Source: Lama guanicoe
Lineage: Eukaryota
Length of the DNA: 64,000 bases
Reading direction: 5' to 3'
Assembly: GCA_013239625.1 (NCBI GenBank)
Contig: MU054026.1
Span: 558,001 to 622,000, forward strand
How positions within the stretch are numbered: position 1 is the first letter of the stretch; each line of letters opens with the position of its first letter. Position numbers and translations under genes: made by a program. The notes below the pieces were generated by a model, which saw only the letters and a list, made by a program, of their open reading frames with translations, was not told the DNA's origin and did no database searches. Below are positions 1-12,740 of the stretch, piece after piece.

Positions 1-289
1 TAATGTCAGTGGATACTTCCTTATATCTTCTAAATGAATTGACACATTAAAATAAAGTTTGGAATACAGCAAAACTGTCCCTGTCTTCAGAATGCTTTCA
101 CTTTGAGCACTGAATCTTCATACCATACTGATTCGTGAAACAGATCTTTCTAATGTATAGTCACAATGCATAAAGTGTATAAAGCGTGAAACAAAACAGA
201 AATTCAACAGAAATCCAAGTATTCAAAGGCACATTATTCTGAAATTATTAATGTATTTTCTGGTACAAAGGAAAAGAATATATAACAAG

Positions 290-385
290 AATTGAACAAC
301 ATGAGTTTGAACAGTGAGGGTTCACTTATTTATATGTGGATTTTTAAATGGTAAATACTACAGTACTGCATAATCTGTATTGAAC
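290..385 (+). mobile_element. Tigger2/MER8-like DNA transposon 5' fragment
   Basis: ttgaacaacatgagtttgaacagtgagggttcacttat...gtggatttttt resembles the Tigger2/MER8 left end (CCTTGAACAACACGGGTTTGAACTGCGCGGGTCCACTTAT); boundaries approximate. Confidence 0.55.
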
Positions 386-974
386 ATATGTCAAATATTT
401 ATTTAGCTCAACTATGAGGAAACTGTTAGGTTAGTAAAGCTGGTTTGATGGGCATTTGTGGAACACATATTCATGTATTTAGTAGGCAAAGGCATGTTGG
501 AGTAAGTTCACTAATTTGGAGACATTTCAGGGCAGCACAACTCTGATTTTAGGTTTATATTATCTACCAGACAGAAATCACTTGCACGTCTACCAGAAGT
601 CTGTCTACAAGTTAACGTATAACTTAACAGTGCCTGGAATGTAATCAAATAAAATCGACATCAAAACAGGCACATTATCTTACAGAATTAAGTAATCTTT
701 AGAAAGATTTATTAGTGCTGTAGTATGATCATGTGAAGATGGCAGTATTTCTTTTTCTTTATTTCCAAGTTTTGAATAATTTTTCTTAAGACGTATGCAT
801 TGTTAAACTTGGCTTCATTTTGAAAGATATGAACTCAAAAGATGAGAAAAACGAGGTCCCCTTGGGCAGGGCTGAGAAAGGCTGAGGGTACCGGGAAGGG
901 TGACAGAAATCTCTTCGGGTATCCTGTGGAGAGCAGTGTCTTGACCTTTGTTGTGAATTTGCTAATCTTTGATT

Positions 975-1095
975 TCCAACTAAATTGTAAGCCTCTCAGA
1001 GGGGAGACTACGTCTTAAATTGCTCCTGTATCTTCAGGTCCCTTGGATGAGCCCGTCGCAATGACCTGAAATGAGCCCTTCAGATTGACTGAAGG
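975..1095 (+). mobile_element. L2 LINE 3' end relic
   Basis: ctaaattgtaagcctctcagaggggagactacgtctt...tgtatcttcag resembles the L2 terminal 'ctagactgtaagctccttgagggcagggactgtgtctt' motif. Confidence 0.5.
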
Positions 1096-3842
1096 GAAGA
1101 GAGTTTAAAAACCAACCAGGCGTGTACATTTTAACGGAATGAGTTTAGGAGTGCCTTTTAAGACATTTATGAAATGTTTCAGAAGGCATTGGGCATTACA
1201 GGAATCTTGGAAGAGGAAACCCTTTCTTCTGAGAACATCTTAGCTCTAAAAGAATAACTGCTCTGGTAAGCACGGAGTTATATGTTGGACTATGAAATCC
1301 CAAGAGTTAAGTCATCACTTTGCCAATGTCTTCACGATCATTCCTTAACCTGCACCTTTCCCGGTCTAGAATACGGAGGTCTTTTGGCAGTTTCTGGTCT
1401 CATGTTTCTCTTTCCGATTTCTCCCCAAGCCTGACTACAAAAAGAATCTCCATCTGCATTGCTGGGGGAGACTAACGCTGCTGTTTTGAATCGCCAAGCT
1501 CTGCTTGGCTGGAGCAAGGAGGATTTCTGTCTGAGAGCTGCCTGTCTTACTACCGCTTGATTTGATTACCTCTGCTCACTGGCGACGACCAGGCTCTCAT
1601 CTCGCCTTTTGCCTTTCTCAGCAGCATCCCTTCTACTGTGTTAAACAGGATATTTCTCTTTTTACCAATGCTTATAATTTTTTCTGATTGGGTGATTATT
1701 AACAAAGGAGGTTTGTTTTTGTTTTTTGCTTTTTTAGGAAAATTAGTGTTGCTCAGTCAGACATTTTTCTTTTTGGGTTAAGGCGTTTAGGAAATGAATC
1801 AGTCAGTACAGTAGGGGACTGTGGTAGAAAGTCTCAGATCAGTTACCCGCCTTTGCCTCCTGCTGAGAGCTTCCGGAAAGGGTTTCCAGAAAGTTTTCAG
1901 TTGACACAGCAGTGTCTTTGCTTCGGAGTTAGTGATGGCATCACCGGCTTTCTTTCAACATTAAACATTTTATTGGATAATTTCTCCTATGCCTGAGGGA
2001 GGATATGTGACTCCTTTTAAATTAAAGTAAAATCACACGATGAAATTGACTTGCCTCACGGAACCCTTCTCCCTGAAACCACCTTGAAGGAGAAAAAGAG
2101 TAAATGTGTTAAAGTTTATTTTAGGGCTTTATTAAAAAGGAGGCACGTGCTTTATGGCTATGCCCTAGAGGTCAATGTAGATCATGGGCAATCTGCAGTC
2201 CTGTCTTTATCTCCAGCTGCAACAGACAAAGCTAGTCAGGAAAACCATTCTCTGGGTGGCTCCTTGAGCCAGGAAAACCCAGTCCCATTTTTCTCTTGGA
2301 TGAACCAAGGCAGGAAACTGTACGAAGATGTTTTAAAACTATAAATAAGAAAGAAATGTGGTATCAGAGATCAAGTAATTTGGGAGGTTTGGTTCAAACT
2401 ATCTGACTTTGGAAAATAAACTCTCAGCACTGATATTGTGTAAAAGACGAATGAGGGTTGTGTGATTCCAGGAAAAAAAATGGAGTTGCCTCTTTGATGT
2501 GACTTGAAAGTCCTAGAAAACTCTCCAAGCTACTATCTGGAATTCTGGCTTTAATGATTCCTTTCCTGGCTTAAATCAGCTGTCTTCTTCTAGATCTTTT
2601 GTAAAATTGAGCAGCCTGTGAGGGGTATGTTAGGAAGCTGTTTGACTTAAGAGAGAATAGGTTTATCCATTCATTTATGCCCAAGATTTTTTGTTGTTGT
2701 TCAACAAAAGAATTGGGTGACCTTAGGTGGCTGTGAGACATGTGAGGATGCAAAAGTAAAGGAAGAGAGGCAGAAAACTCCACAGTGGCCCTTCACAGTT
2801 TACAGGAGTCTGAAAAGACACTTCCGGTCTCAAAGCATTTGTATCTTTTCAAGTCTGGTCTGGAATTATCCCATTTCCCCTTTCTTTTAAGGGCTCAGAT
2901 TTTCCTTCCCACTGCTTCTGTTTAGTTTCCTAACAATATTGTTTAACCTGGTGAAGCACTTAGAAAGCTGAATTTTGCTCTTGAAGACACATTACAAAAT
3001 AAAACCACAGGACATAGTGCGTTGTAAGTGAAAATGATGGGAAACAGCTCAAGTGGAATCTGTAATGTGCTCGATTTAGAGTCATGGGAACCTCCCACTG
3101 CATTGTGCAGAGTGGAAGATGCGCTGTGTAATCTGTCTCCGTGGGACAGTATTCCCAGGTAACTCGTAATGAGACTCTCCACTCCCGATCACACAGCAGA
3201 ATCAAGACCAGCTGGAAATTATGCAGCACCCAGGGTGCTGTTAGCTCAGACCTCATTGCCTCAGGCATTTGAAGAGAGAGAGATGTTTCTGGAGAAATTT
3301 TATTAAGAATAAATTCAGGATGAAAAAACAATGAAAGCATTTTTCTCTGGCAATACTTTATTAATGTTTAATATTTTCAGCATTAGCATAGCAACTATCC
3401 TTTAGGTGAAAAGATAACCAGAGAATATGTTTAATGAAATGCAGAAAAGTCAAACCGCCTCACAAGCTTATTTGTTACTCCTGTTAAAAAATTATGTTAA
3501 AACTGGTGTATCCACAGTGTGACAGCAATAAAACTGAATAATAATATCAATGAAGAAATAGAGTCTTATCTCAAAATTTACCTATAAATATGAAGACATT
3601 AGAGCTGTCCTTTTTCTTTTTAACTGTTTCTTTTACCTGGAAATTTGAACACTTTAATACTTCTAAATGGTGGTCAGAGGAAAAGGTAACATTTGATATT
3701 TGTTCCCTTGGAGATCGGTCATTTCTGTGATGGAAGAGGAGGAGGAAAAAGGGGACCATAGGAGAAAGGGTGAAGGACAAACAATAATTATCCGACTTCC
3801 GTTGATATTTATGTCCTTTCTAAAGACTTTCGCATCCATGTG

Positions 3843-4174
3843 TGTTAGACGAACATGAGGCTTATTTAAGAATTGTTAAGAGTTTGCACAGAACTCAGTC
3901 CGAACCGAGCAGCCCCTAACCGGAAGTGGTGAAGAACAGGTCACCAATGGGAACTCAGGGAGAGACTTCCCTAGAAGACAGACAGGAGCAAAGTCAGGGA
4001 ATTAGCAACTGGCTGTAGCTGCAAGCCAGCTGGCTGTTTGCGATTGGCTGTCCTTAGCGTTTTGATTTCGAAACTCTGAGGCACTTACAGGCTTAGGTTT
4101 TGGTCTGCTTATGTTGGCTGCCATCGCATTAATGCCATCTGAGTCTAATGGCCTCTTTGGTTGTTAATTTAACA
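3843..4174 (-). mobile_element. Old ERV1 (MER4-group) solo LTR
   Basis: The minus strand starts TGTTAAATTAACAACCAAAGAGGCCATTAGACTCAGATGGC, typical of MER67/MER89/MER110-like LTR 5' ends; CCAAT box present; no clear TSD; left boundary approximate. Confidence 0.6.
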
Positions 4175-5779
4175 CAGCCAAGTCAATGTATTCCAATGCC
4201 AGGGACCTGCACTCTTTCCAGAAGTGGGGCAACCCCTGCCCTGCCGCCCACACTGCCTAAGCCACCGTCCTCTGAGCTCCGAAAGGCGCGTGGAGACCGC
4301 CTGACTGGGTCACCACCCGCTCTTTCAACTGCTCCCCCATATCCAAGCCTTCTTTTTCAAAATTGACAGCCCTCCTAGCACAAGCATGAAACGTCTTCCC
4401 CAAACCCCTGAGATGGTCTAGATTCTTAGTTATACATGCAGAGAAACAGCCATGCAAGAAAGCATCAAGCTGAATCCCAGATTTCATAAATCTAGTATTT
4501 CTTTTTACAATGAATAATAATATCATTAATAAGAATGAAGAATAAATAATTTACTTGCTGAGATTTAAGTAAGTTCCAGGAAGTGTGTCAAGATTTTTAT
4601 ACACATTACTTTTTTTAATGTTCCCAATTATATCATGTGTTAATATTATTTCTGTAAGGCAGTCAGGCTCAAAATGGAGATAGGACTAGAACACAGATTT
4701 CTCTCCTTCTAAAACTGTGCCCCTTTACCTCAAAAACAAGATGGATCAAACATTTTCCCATCAACAGCTGGTAAAATTCATCCACTGAAATTTCAGAGGT
4801 GCCTTGGCCCCATGTGTCATGGTCACCTCTAAAAATGGCATTCCAGAATTGTTCCCTGAGACATCTTCACAAAGGAAGTACCATGGCCTGGTAGTATGGA
4901 AGGTGTTTTTTAGGAAGTTGGGCTAGAACTATTCCGAGGATGAAGGAGAGATTAGACATTGTGCGGAAAACAGAACAAGGAAGGTTGTTTCTGTTGGAAG
5001 CAGAAGGAAGCACAGCTTTGGGGCGAGTAGGATGGGCACGGGGATGAAGAAGACATGCCTGTCTTCTCCTAGTACTTTTTTCTTGCAATGACAAAATAAT
5101 TTACAGTCTTCCTAGAATGACTATACAGAGAAGGGTACATGTTTCATTCACCTAAAGACCAAAGAAAGAAATAATTCTAATAAAAACCCATAAATAAAAT
5201 GTCAGCAGAAAGAATAATAAAGATGCAGTTTTCTGTGAAGCTTCTGATGTTTAAAATGTACAGCTTTTAATTATTATTTCCTTTAAGCACAAATACTCGA
5301 GTAAAATTAATAATTAGCCAATGATTCAAAATACTTTGAAGAAGACAACTTACCAGTGAGTGGCACGATTATTTCCATTGCGTCCCCCCTCTTTTTTTAG
5401 GCAAATAGAGATTCTAGAATTCATATTATCAGTTGGAAAGTACAATTCTAGGAATAATGAATTTAAGGGGGAAGAGGGAAATCCATTTGAAGTGTCTTCA
5501 TTACTTGTCTTCATTTTTTAATTAGCATGTGTATTGACAATCCCTTCGGATAATGGGTGACTAATATGCAAGAGAGCCAGGCAGTTATGTTACTTCCAAA
5601 AAGTAAAGATTAAGTAAAAGATTAACAGTTTTTCAGAGATAAAGGAACATCAGTGGAGTGGATGATGATTTATGACCCAGGGAAAACATTTTCTGTAGAT
5701 CATACCTGAAGGGTTTTTTGGCTTGTTTTGTTTTAAATTTTAGGTCCTGTGAGAAAGAAGAGCACAGTTTAGCAGACAT

Positions 5780-6080
5780 TTGTGGAGAAGAACTTAGGGA
5801 AAAAAGTTTCACCTGAGAAAAGGATGAAATTTTATCTGTTTAGCCTAGAAAATATAAGAGACACTGGATGGCCATGATCCAACCTTTGAAAGACTATTAT
5901 GGTAGTGAGGGTTGGTCACATACGTGGGGTCATTTGAAAACTAAAGATTGGAAATTACTGAAAAATAGTCTACCAGTTGGAGCTGTCCAGCAGTGGGACT
6001 GGTGCTTGATGAAGTGGGAAGTTCCTCTTCAATGAAGTGTTCAGACACAGGCTGGAAGGCCATCTGGCAGGGCTGCCATA
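5780..6080 (+). mobile_element. L3/CR1 LINE 3' relic
   Basis: tgtttagcctagaaaa...gagctgtccagcagtgggactggtgcttgatgaagtgggaagttcc...gtgttcagacacaggctggaaggccatctggcaggg matches the CR1/L3 ORF2 end and 3'UTR pattern. Confidence 0.65.
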
Positions 6081-6566
6081 TGCCACGTGTGACTCCACTA
6101 CCAGTCACTGTGCGGATGGCGGAGAGCTTTGTGAGCTGACTTGATAGCTGCTTCTAAATATGAGTTCTCAGATTTAAAATTGGCAATGGGATTCCGTCAA
6201 AGACAGGGACAGTGGGGAATGGATACAGTGGACTCTGACAGTTTTTTCTTTTTCTTTTAAATCACTAAAATTTCTAAGGACATAGGCAAAGAGGATAAAA
6301 CTGAAGAGGTCTAGAAGAAAATTTTATTGTTAGGAAAATTATTTATTATAGTGCTATAAATATTTATAGCAGTATAATAATTTTCTATTATCCTTCTATA
6401 AACACATGCAGCAGGCTGAAGTCTTGGGGTCCTTCTGACCTGACTTTCTCTCTCTGTCCTGCACATTCTCCTTTTGTCACATGCTTAGATGCCCTGCCTA
6501 AAGTCTTCCTACCATCCCAGCAGGTCTGCCCAAAACCAGATGACCCCAAATCCCAACTTCCTTAAT

Positions 6567-7171
6567 TGTGTTAGGCACAATTTCAAAGAGATAATCCAAT
6601 ATTCCCATCCTCTGGTTATTAAATTAAACCTTAGCCTAGGTGCTGCTATGAAGGAACTTTGCTGATGGAATTACGTTATGAATCAGCTGACTTCAAGAAT
6701 GAGAGATTATCCTGGGTTTTGCAGTTGGGCTCAATGAAATCATAGGATCCTCCCAACAGAGGGCATGTAGAGGAAGTCATAGAGATTTGTCAAAAGGTGA
6801 AGTAAGATTGGAAGCATGAGAGAGACTCAACTCACCATTGCTGACTTTGAAGATTAAGGAAGACGTCCACAAATCAAGGGATGTGGGCCGCCTCGAGAAA
6901 TTGAGAACAATGCCACTTGACTGCACGCAAGGAAACAGGACTTCAGTCCTACAACTGCATGGATTTCTGCCTGCAACTTGAATGAGCTTGGAAGAGGATT
7001 TATCCACAGAGCTTCCAGAAAGGAATACAGCCCTACAGACACCTTGATTTCAGTCTTGTGAGCAGAAAAACAGCTGAATCTGACTTATAGAATGGTGGAA
7101 CAATAAATGGGTGTTGTATGATGTTGCCAAATTGTGGCCATTTGTTACAGCAGCAATGGAAAACTAATACA
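6567..7171 (+). mobile_element. MaLR solo LTR (MLT1E-like)
   Basis: Starts TGTGTTAGGCA, contains the MLT1 'gagattatcctgggt' core, and ends with the canonical 'tttgttacagcagcaatggaaaactaataca'. Confidence 0.85.
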
Positions 7172-7929
7172 ACAACAAAATAACACTTCTGGTGATCCTT
7201 TTACGTCTCTAGCAGAACTTAACAAATTTGTTAATATAATTCACGTGGTGAGCGAATTGTATTTAATCTTTCAAGAGTGTGTGTGTGTTTTTTTTTAAGA
7301 AGATCTATTGGTCCAAATGATGTTTCTGATGATGGAATGAACAGGGCTGATATTTTCAGAGGCACTTGCTTACTCAGGTTTCCATGGGTCTCTGTCCACA
7401 CCTTGGCAAACTTTACTCTTATCTACTGCCTTCGCCTCATATAAACACACCCATATAGACACAAGAACACTATGGAAAATCAAAGATTCTGGGTACTCTA
7501 TTCTTAAATCCTAATGACTGCCTAGTTCAATAAAGAAAATAGACTTATTTACATAATTATTCCCTTAAGAATTGTGACCCTTACAATAGGCAAGATTTAT
7601 TGATACGTGATGCTTGTGTTCACTGCCGTTGTTGGAGCTGTGTCTGTAAATCCTTAATTGGCCAGAATATGAAATATGATTGTTCGCATGGTGCCAGCAT
7701 ATGTGTTGTACCTCACAATCAACTCTGTTAATATGAATTATTTTGATTTGTTTTTCTCAAGTCCTCCCATTTTAAGATTAGTTAGCCTGCTTTGTGATCA
7801 TAGTTCAATGTGGAACCATCTTTGAACATTTGACTGAGTTAACCAGTAAATTCAATAAGCCGTTGAATCAAAATAAAGAAAAATCAATTGCTAAATTTGT
7901 TGGATTAAAGATACTTAATGAACTGACAC

Positions 7930-9065
7930 ATTTTTTATTCATTTTATAATAAAATTGACATGTAATGCGTTTATCAGGTTTAGTACATAGTGATTCAACA
8001 TTTGTATATATTGCAAAATGATCACCACAAGTCTAGTTAACATGTTGCTCTATACGTAGTTACACTTTTTTTTCTTGTGATGAGAACTTTTAAGATTTAC
8101 TCTCTTAGCTACTACTTTCAAATATGCAATACAGTGTTACTAACTATGGTCACCATGCTGTACATTGCACCCCATGATTTATTTATTTTATGAATGAAAG
8201 TTTGTACCTGTTGACTTCACCCATTTTGTCACCTCCACTGCACGCTTCAGCTAATCACGAGTTTTCCGTATCTATGATGTTGTTTTTCTATTGCTGTTGT
8301 TTTTTACATTCCACATGTAAGTGAGGTAATATAGTGTGTCTTTCTCTGTCTGATTTATTTCACTTAGCATAATGCCCTCGAGGTCCATCTCTGTTGTCAT
8401 AAATGGCAAAATTTCCTTTTTCATATCTGATTAATATTCCTCTGTGTGTGTGTGTGTGTGTGTGTTTTGCACATTTCCTTTATCCATTTATCCATCAGTG
8501 AACCTTTAGGTTGTTTCCATATCTTCGCTGCTGTTTGTTGGCAAATTTTGACTATTGTAAATAATGCTGCAACGAGCAGGGGAATGCATATATATTTTCA
8601 AATGACTATTTTTGTTTTCTTTAGGTAAATATTCAGAAGTGGAATTGCTGGATCATATGGCAGTTTTATTTTTCCTTTTTTGAGGAAGCATCATACTGCT
8701 TTCCACAGTGACTGCACCAATTTACATTCCCACAAGCAATGCGGAAAGGTTTCCTTTGCTAAGCGTTCTCTCCAGCACCTGTTGTTTCTTGTCTTTTTGA
8801 TAACAGCTATTGAAACCTATGTGAGCTGATATCTTCTCGTGGTTTTGATTTGCATTTCCTTGATGATTAGTGATACTGAACATCTTTTTATGAACCTGTT
8901 AGCCATCTATATGTCTTTTTTGGAAAAAATTCTATTCAGATCGTCTGCCATTTTTTAAAATCAGATTGTTTGTTTTGCTATTGGATTATATATATTTTGG
9001 GTATTAGGCCCTTATCAGATTTATGATTTGCAATATTTTCCTCTCACTTTACAGGCTGATTTTTA
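7930..9065 (-). mobile_element. Older L1 (L1MA/MB-like) 3'UTR and ORF2 C-terminal part; host of a nested L1
   Basis: T-rich tail at ~7930, then L1 3'UTR/ORF2 antisense text (gtggaattgctggatcatatgg, ttgatttgcatttcc); the sequence resumes at 12106. Confidence 0.85.
8443..8464. repeat. (TG)n microsatellite inside L1
   Basis: Uninterrupted TG run of about 11 units. Confidence 0.95.
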
Positions 9066-9159
9066 TAGTTTATTTTATTTTTTCTCTTTATTTTTTAATT
9101 GAAATTTTTTGAATTACAATATTGTTTTAGTTTCTGATGTACAGCATAGTGATTCAGTC

Positions 9160-9214
<55 letters not shown>

Positions 9215-12105
9215 ATCTTCTTTTTCATTACAGGTTACAAGCCATTGAATATAGTTCTCTGTGCTACACAGTAGGACCTTGTTGTTTATCTATTCTGTAC
9301 ATAGTAGTTTGTATCAGCCAATCCCAAACTCCCAATTAATCCCTCCCTCCCCTCTTTCCCCTCTGGTAACCATAAGTTTCTTTCCTATGTCTATGAGTGT
9401 TTTTCTGTTTTGTAAATAAGTCTGTGTCATTTTTTTCTATTCCACGTATAAGTGATATCATATGATGTTTGTCTCTCTCTGACCAATCTGACTGACTTAA
9501 CTTTACTTAGTATGATAATCTCTAGGTCCATCCATGTTGCTGCAAATGACATTATTTCATTCCTTTTGATGGCTGAGTAGTTTTCCACTGTGTGTGTATG
9601 TGTATATATATATATACACACACACATTTTTCTTATAATCCATTCATCTGTAGATGGACATTTAGGTTGCTTTCATGTCTTGACTATGATAAAAAGTGCT
9701 GCTATGAACATAGGGGTGCATGTGTCTTTTCAGATTAGAGTTTTCTCCAGATATATGCCTGAGAGTGGGATAGCTGGATCGTATGGTAAGTCTATTTTTA
9801 GTTTTTTAATAAACATCTGTACTGTCCTCCACAGTGGCTGTACCAATTTACATTCCCACCAACAGTGTAGGAGGGTTCCTTTTTCTCCACACCTTCTCCA
9901 GCATTTATTATTTGTAGACTTTTATATGATGGCCATTCTGACTGGTGTGAAGTGATACCTCCTTGTAGTTTTGATTTGCATTTCTCAAATAATTAGTGAT
10001 GTTGAGCATCTTTTTATGTGCCTGTTGGTCATCAGTATATCTTCTTTGGTGAAATGTCTATTTGATCTTCTGCCCATTTTTTTGATTGAGTTGTTTGTAT
10101 TTTTGATATTGAGCTGTGTGAACTGTTTCTATATTTCGGAAATCAATCCTTTGTCAGTCACATCAGTTGCAAATATTTTCTCTCATTTTGTAGGTTGTCT
10201 TTTTATTTTGTTTATGATTTTTTTTGCTACGCAAAAGCTTTTAAGTTTAATTAGGTCCTATTTGTTTATTTTTGCTTTCATTCCATCATTCTAGGAGACA
10301 GATTCAAAAATATTGCTGTGTTTTATGCCAAAGAATGTTCTGCCTACATTTTCCTTAAGGAGTTTTATAGTATTTGGCCTTACATTTAAATCTGCAATCC
10401 ATTTTGAGATTATTTTTGTATATGGTGTTAGAGAATGTTCTAATTTCATTCTTTTACATGTGTCTGTCCAGTTTTCCAAGCACCATTTATTGAAGAGACT
10501 GTCTTTTCTCCATTGTATACTCTTGCCTCTTTTTTTTGTAGATTAATTGACCATAAGTGCCTGGGTTTATTTCCTGAATTTCTATCCTGTTCCATTGATC
10601 TATGTCTGCTTTTGTGACAGTACATACTGTTTTGATTATTGTAGCTTTGTAGTATCGTCTGAAGTCAGAGAGCATGATTCCTCCAGCCCTGTTCTTTCTC
10701 AAGATTATTTTGGCTATTTGGAGTCTCTTGTGTTTCCATGCAAATTTAAAATTTTTTTCTTCCAGTTTTTGAAAAATACCATTGCTAATCTGATAGGGAT
10801 TGCATTGAATCTGTAGATTGCCTTGGGTAGTAGGGCCATTTTAATAATATTTATTCTTCCAGTCCAGCTACATGGTATATCTTTCCATCTGTGCTGTTTT
10901 CAGTTTCTTTCATCAGTGTCTCAGTTTTTGGAGAGCAGTTTCTTTGCCTCCTTAAGTAGATTTGTTCCTAGGTATTTTATTATTTTTTTATGTGATGGTA
11001 AATGGAATTGCTTCCTCAATTTATCTCTATGATATTTGTTGTTAGTGTATAGAAATGTGACAGATTTCTGTGTATTAATTTTGTATCCTGTAAACTTACC
11101 AAATTCATTGATGAGATCTAGAAGTTTTCTAGTAGTGTCTTTAGGATTTCCTATGTATTGTATCATGTCATCTGCAAACAGTAACAGTTTTACTTCTTCT
11201 TTTCCAATTTGGATTCCTTTTCTTTCTTTTTCTTCTCTGATTGCTGTGGCTAGGACTTCCAAAACTATGTTGAATAAAAGTGGCAAGAGAGGGTATCCTT
11301 TTCTTGTTCCTGATCTTAGAGGAAATGTTTTCAGTTTTTCATTATTGTGTATGATGTTAGCTGTGGGTTGCTCATATATGGCCTTTATTGTGTTGAGGTG
11401 CACTTCGTCCATGCCCACTTTCTGAAGAGTTTTTATTGTAAACGGGTGTTGAATTTTGTCAAAAGCTTTTTCTGCATCTATTGAGATGATTATATTGTTT
11501 TGTTCTTCAGTTTGTTAATGTGGTATATCACATTGATTGATTTGTGAATTTAAAAAAAATCTTTGTATCCCTGGAATAAACCACACTTGATCATGGTGTA
11601 TGATCCTTTTCATGTATTGTTGGAGTTGGTTTGCTAGTTTTTTGTTGGTGATTTTTGCATCTTTATGTTCATCAGTGATACTGGCCAGTAATTTTCTTTT
11701 TTTGTGATATATTTTTCTGGTTTTGGTATCAGGGTGATAGTGGCCTCATAGAATGAGTTTGGAAATGTTTTTTCCTCTGCAATTTTTTGGGAAAAAGTTT
11801 CAGAATGATAGCTGTTAACTCTTATCTAAATGTTTGGTAGAATTTGCCTCTGAAGCCATCTGGTCCTGGACTTTTGTTTGTTGGGAGTTTTTAAATTATT
11901 GATTCAATTTCAGTCCTGGTGATTGGTCTATTCATATTTTCTATTTCTTCCTAGTTCAGTCTTGGGATATTGTACCTTTCGAAGAATTTGTCCATTTCTT
12001 CTAGATTATCCATTTTATTGGTGTATAGTTGCTCATAATAGTTTCTTGTAATTCTTTTTATTTCTGTGGTGTCAGTTGTAACTTCTTTTTCATTTCTGAT
12101 TTTAT
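9066..12105 (-). mobile_element. 5'-truncated ~3 kb cetartiodactyl L1 (3'UTR plus frameshifted ORF2 RT and C-terminal region)
   Basis: Minus-strand ORF remnants 10921-11418 ([26 protein letters not shown]...LFADDMI, RT), 10487-10702, 10291-10479 and 9427-9627 (ORF2 C-terminus, [22 protein letters not shown]); stops and frameshifts show it is inactive. Confidence 0.95.
9161..9212. repeat. (TCTA)13 tetranucleotide microsatellite in the L1 3'UTR
   Basis: Perfect TCTA run. Confidence 0.95.
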
Positions 12106-12740
12106 GTAAGTTGATTTTTAATTTCACTGTAGTTTCCTTTGCTGTGCAAAGGAGAATGTTTCATGTGTGCTTGAGAAGAATGTGTATTTTGTTACTTTTG
12201 GGTGATATGTTAGTCGTATAAGTCCTTCTGCCATAAAACGTCACTTAAACCTAATGATTGATTTTCTGTTTGGATAATCTACCCATGAATGTAAGTGGGA
12301 TGTTAAAGTCCCCTGCTACTGCTGCCTATTTCTCCCTTTAGGTCTGTTCATACTTACCTTATATATTTCAGTGTTTCTATGTTGGGTGCATAATTATCAC
12401 AAACGTTATACCCTCTTGTTATATCTTTTTATAGTTATGTAATGTCCTCCTTTGTCTCTTACTAGAGTGTTTGCTTTAAAGTCTATTAAGTATAGCCACC
12501 CCAGCTTTATTTTGCTTTCCATTTTTCTGGAATATCTTTTTTTCATCCATTCAATTTCAGCCTGTGTGTCCCCTTATATCTGAAGTAAGTTTTTTTTAGG
12601 CAACATGTAGATAGGTCTTTTTTTTTTTTTAATCCATTCAGTGACTCTTTTGATGGGAGAATTTAGTCCATTTACATTTTAGTAATTATTGATAAGCATG
12701 TACTCAATGCCATTTTCTTAATTGCTTTCTGGCTGTTTTA
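12106..12740 (-). mobile_element. Continuation of the older L1: short ORF2 C-terminal piece (12106-12150) joined to the endonuclease-domain region (12151-12740)
   Basis: gtttcctttgctgtgcaaa (FCTAKE antisense) directly abuts ggagaatgtttcatgtgtgcttgagaagaatgtgtat (YTFFSSTHETFS antisense, EN domain). Confidence 0.8.

Noticed and set aside
10921..11418. Reverse transcriptase ORF as a novel RT or retron system
   Set aside because: It is a frameshifted LINE-1 ORF2 fragment within a truncated L1.
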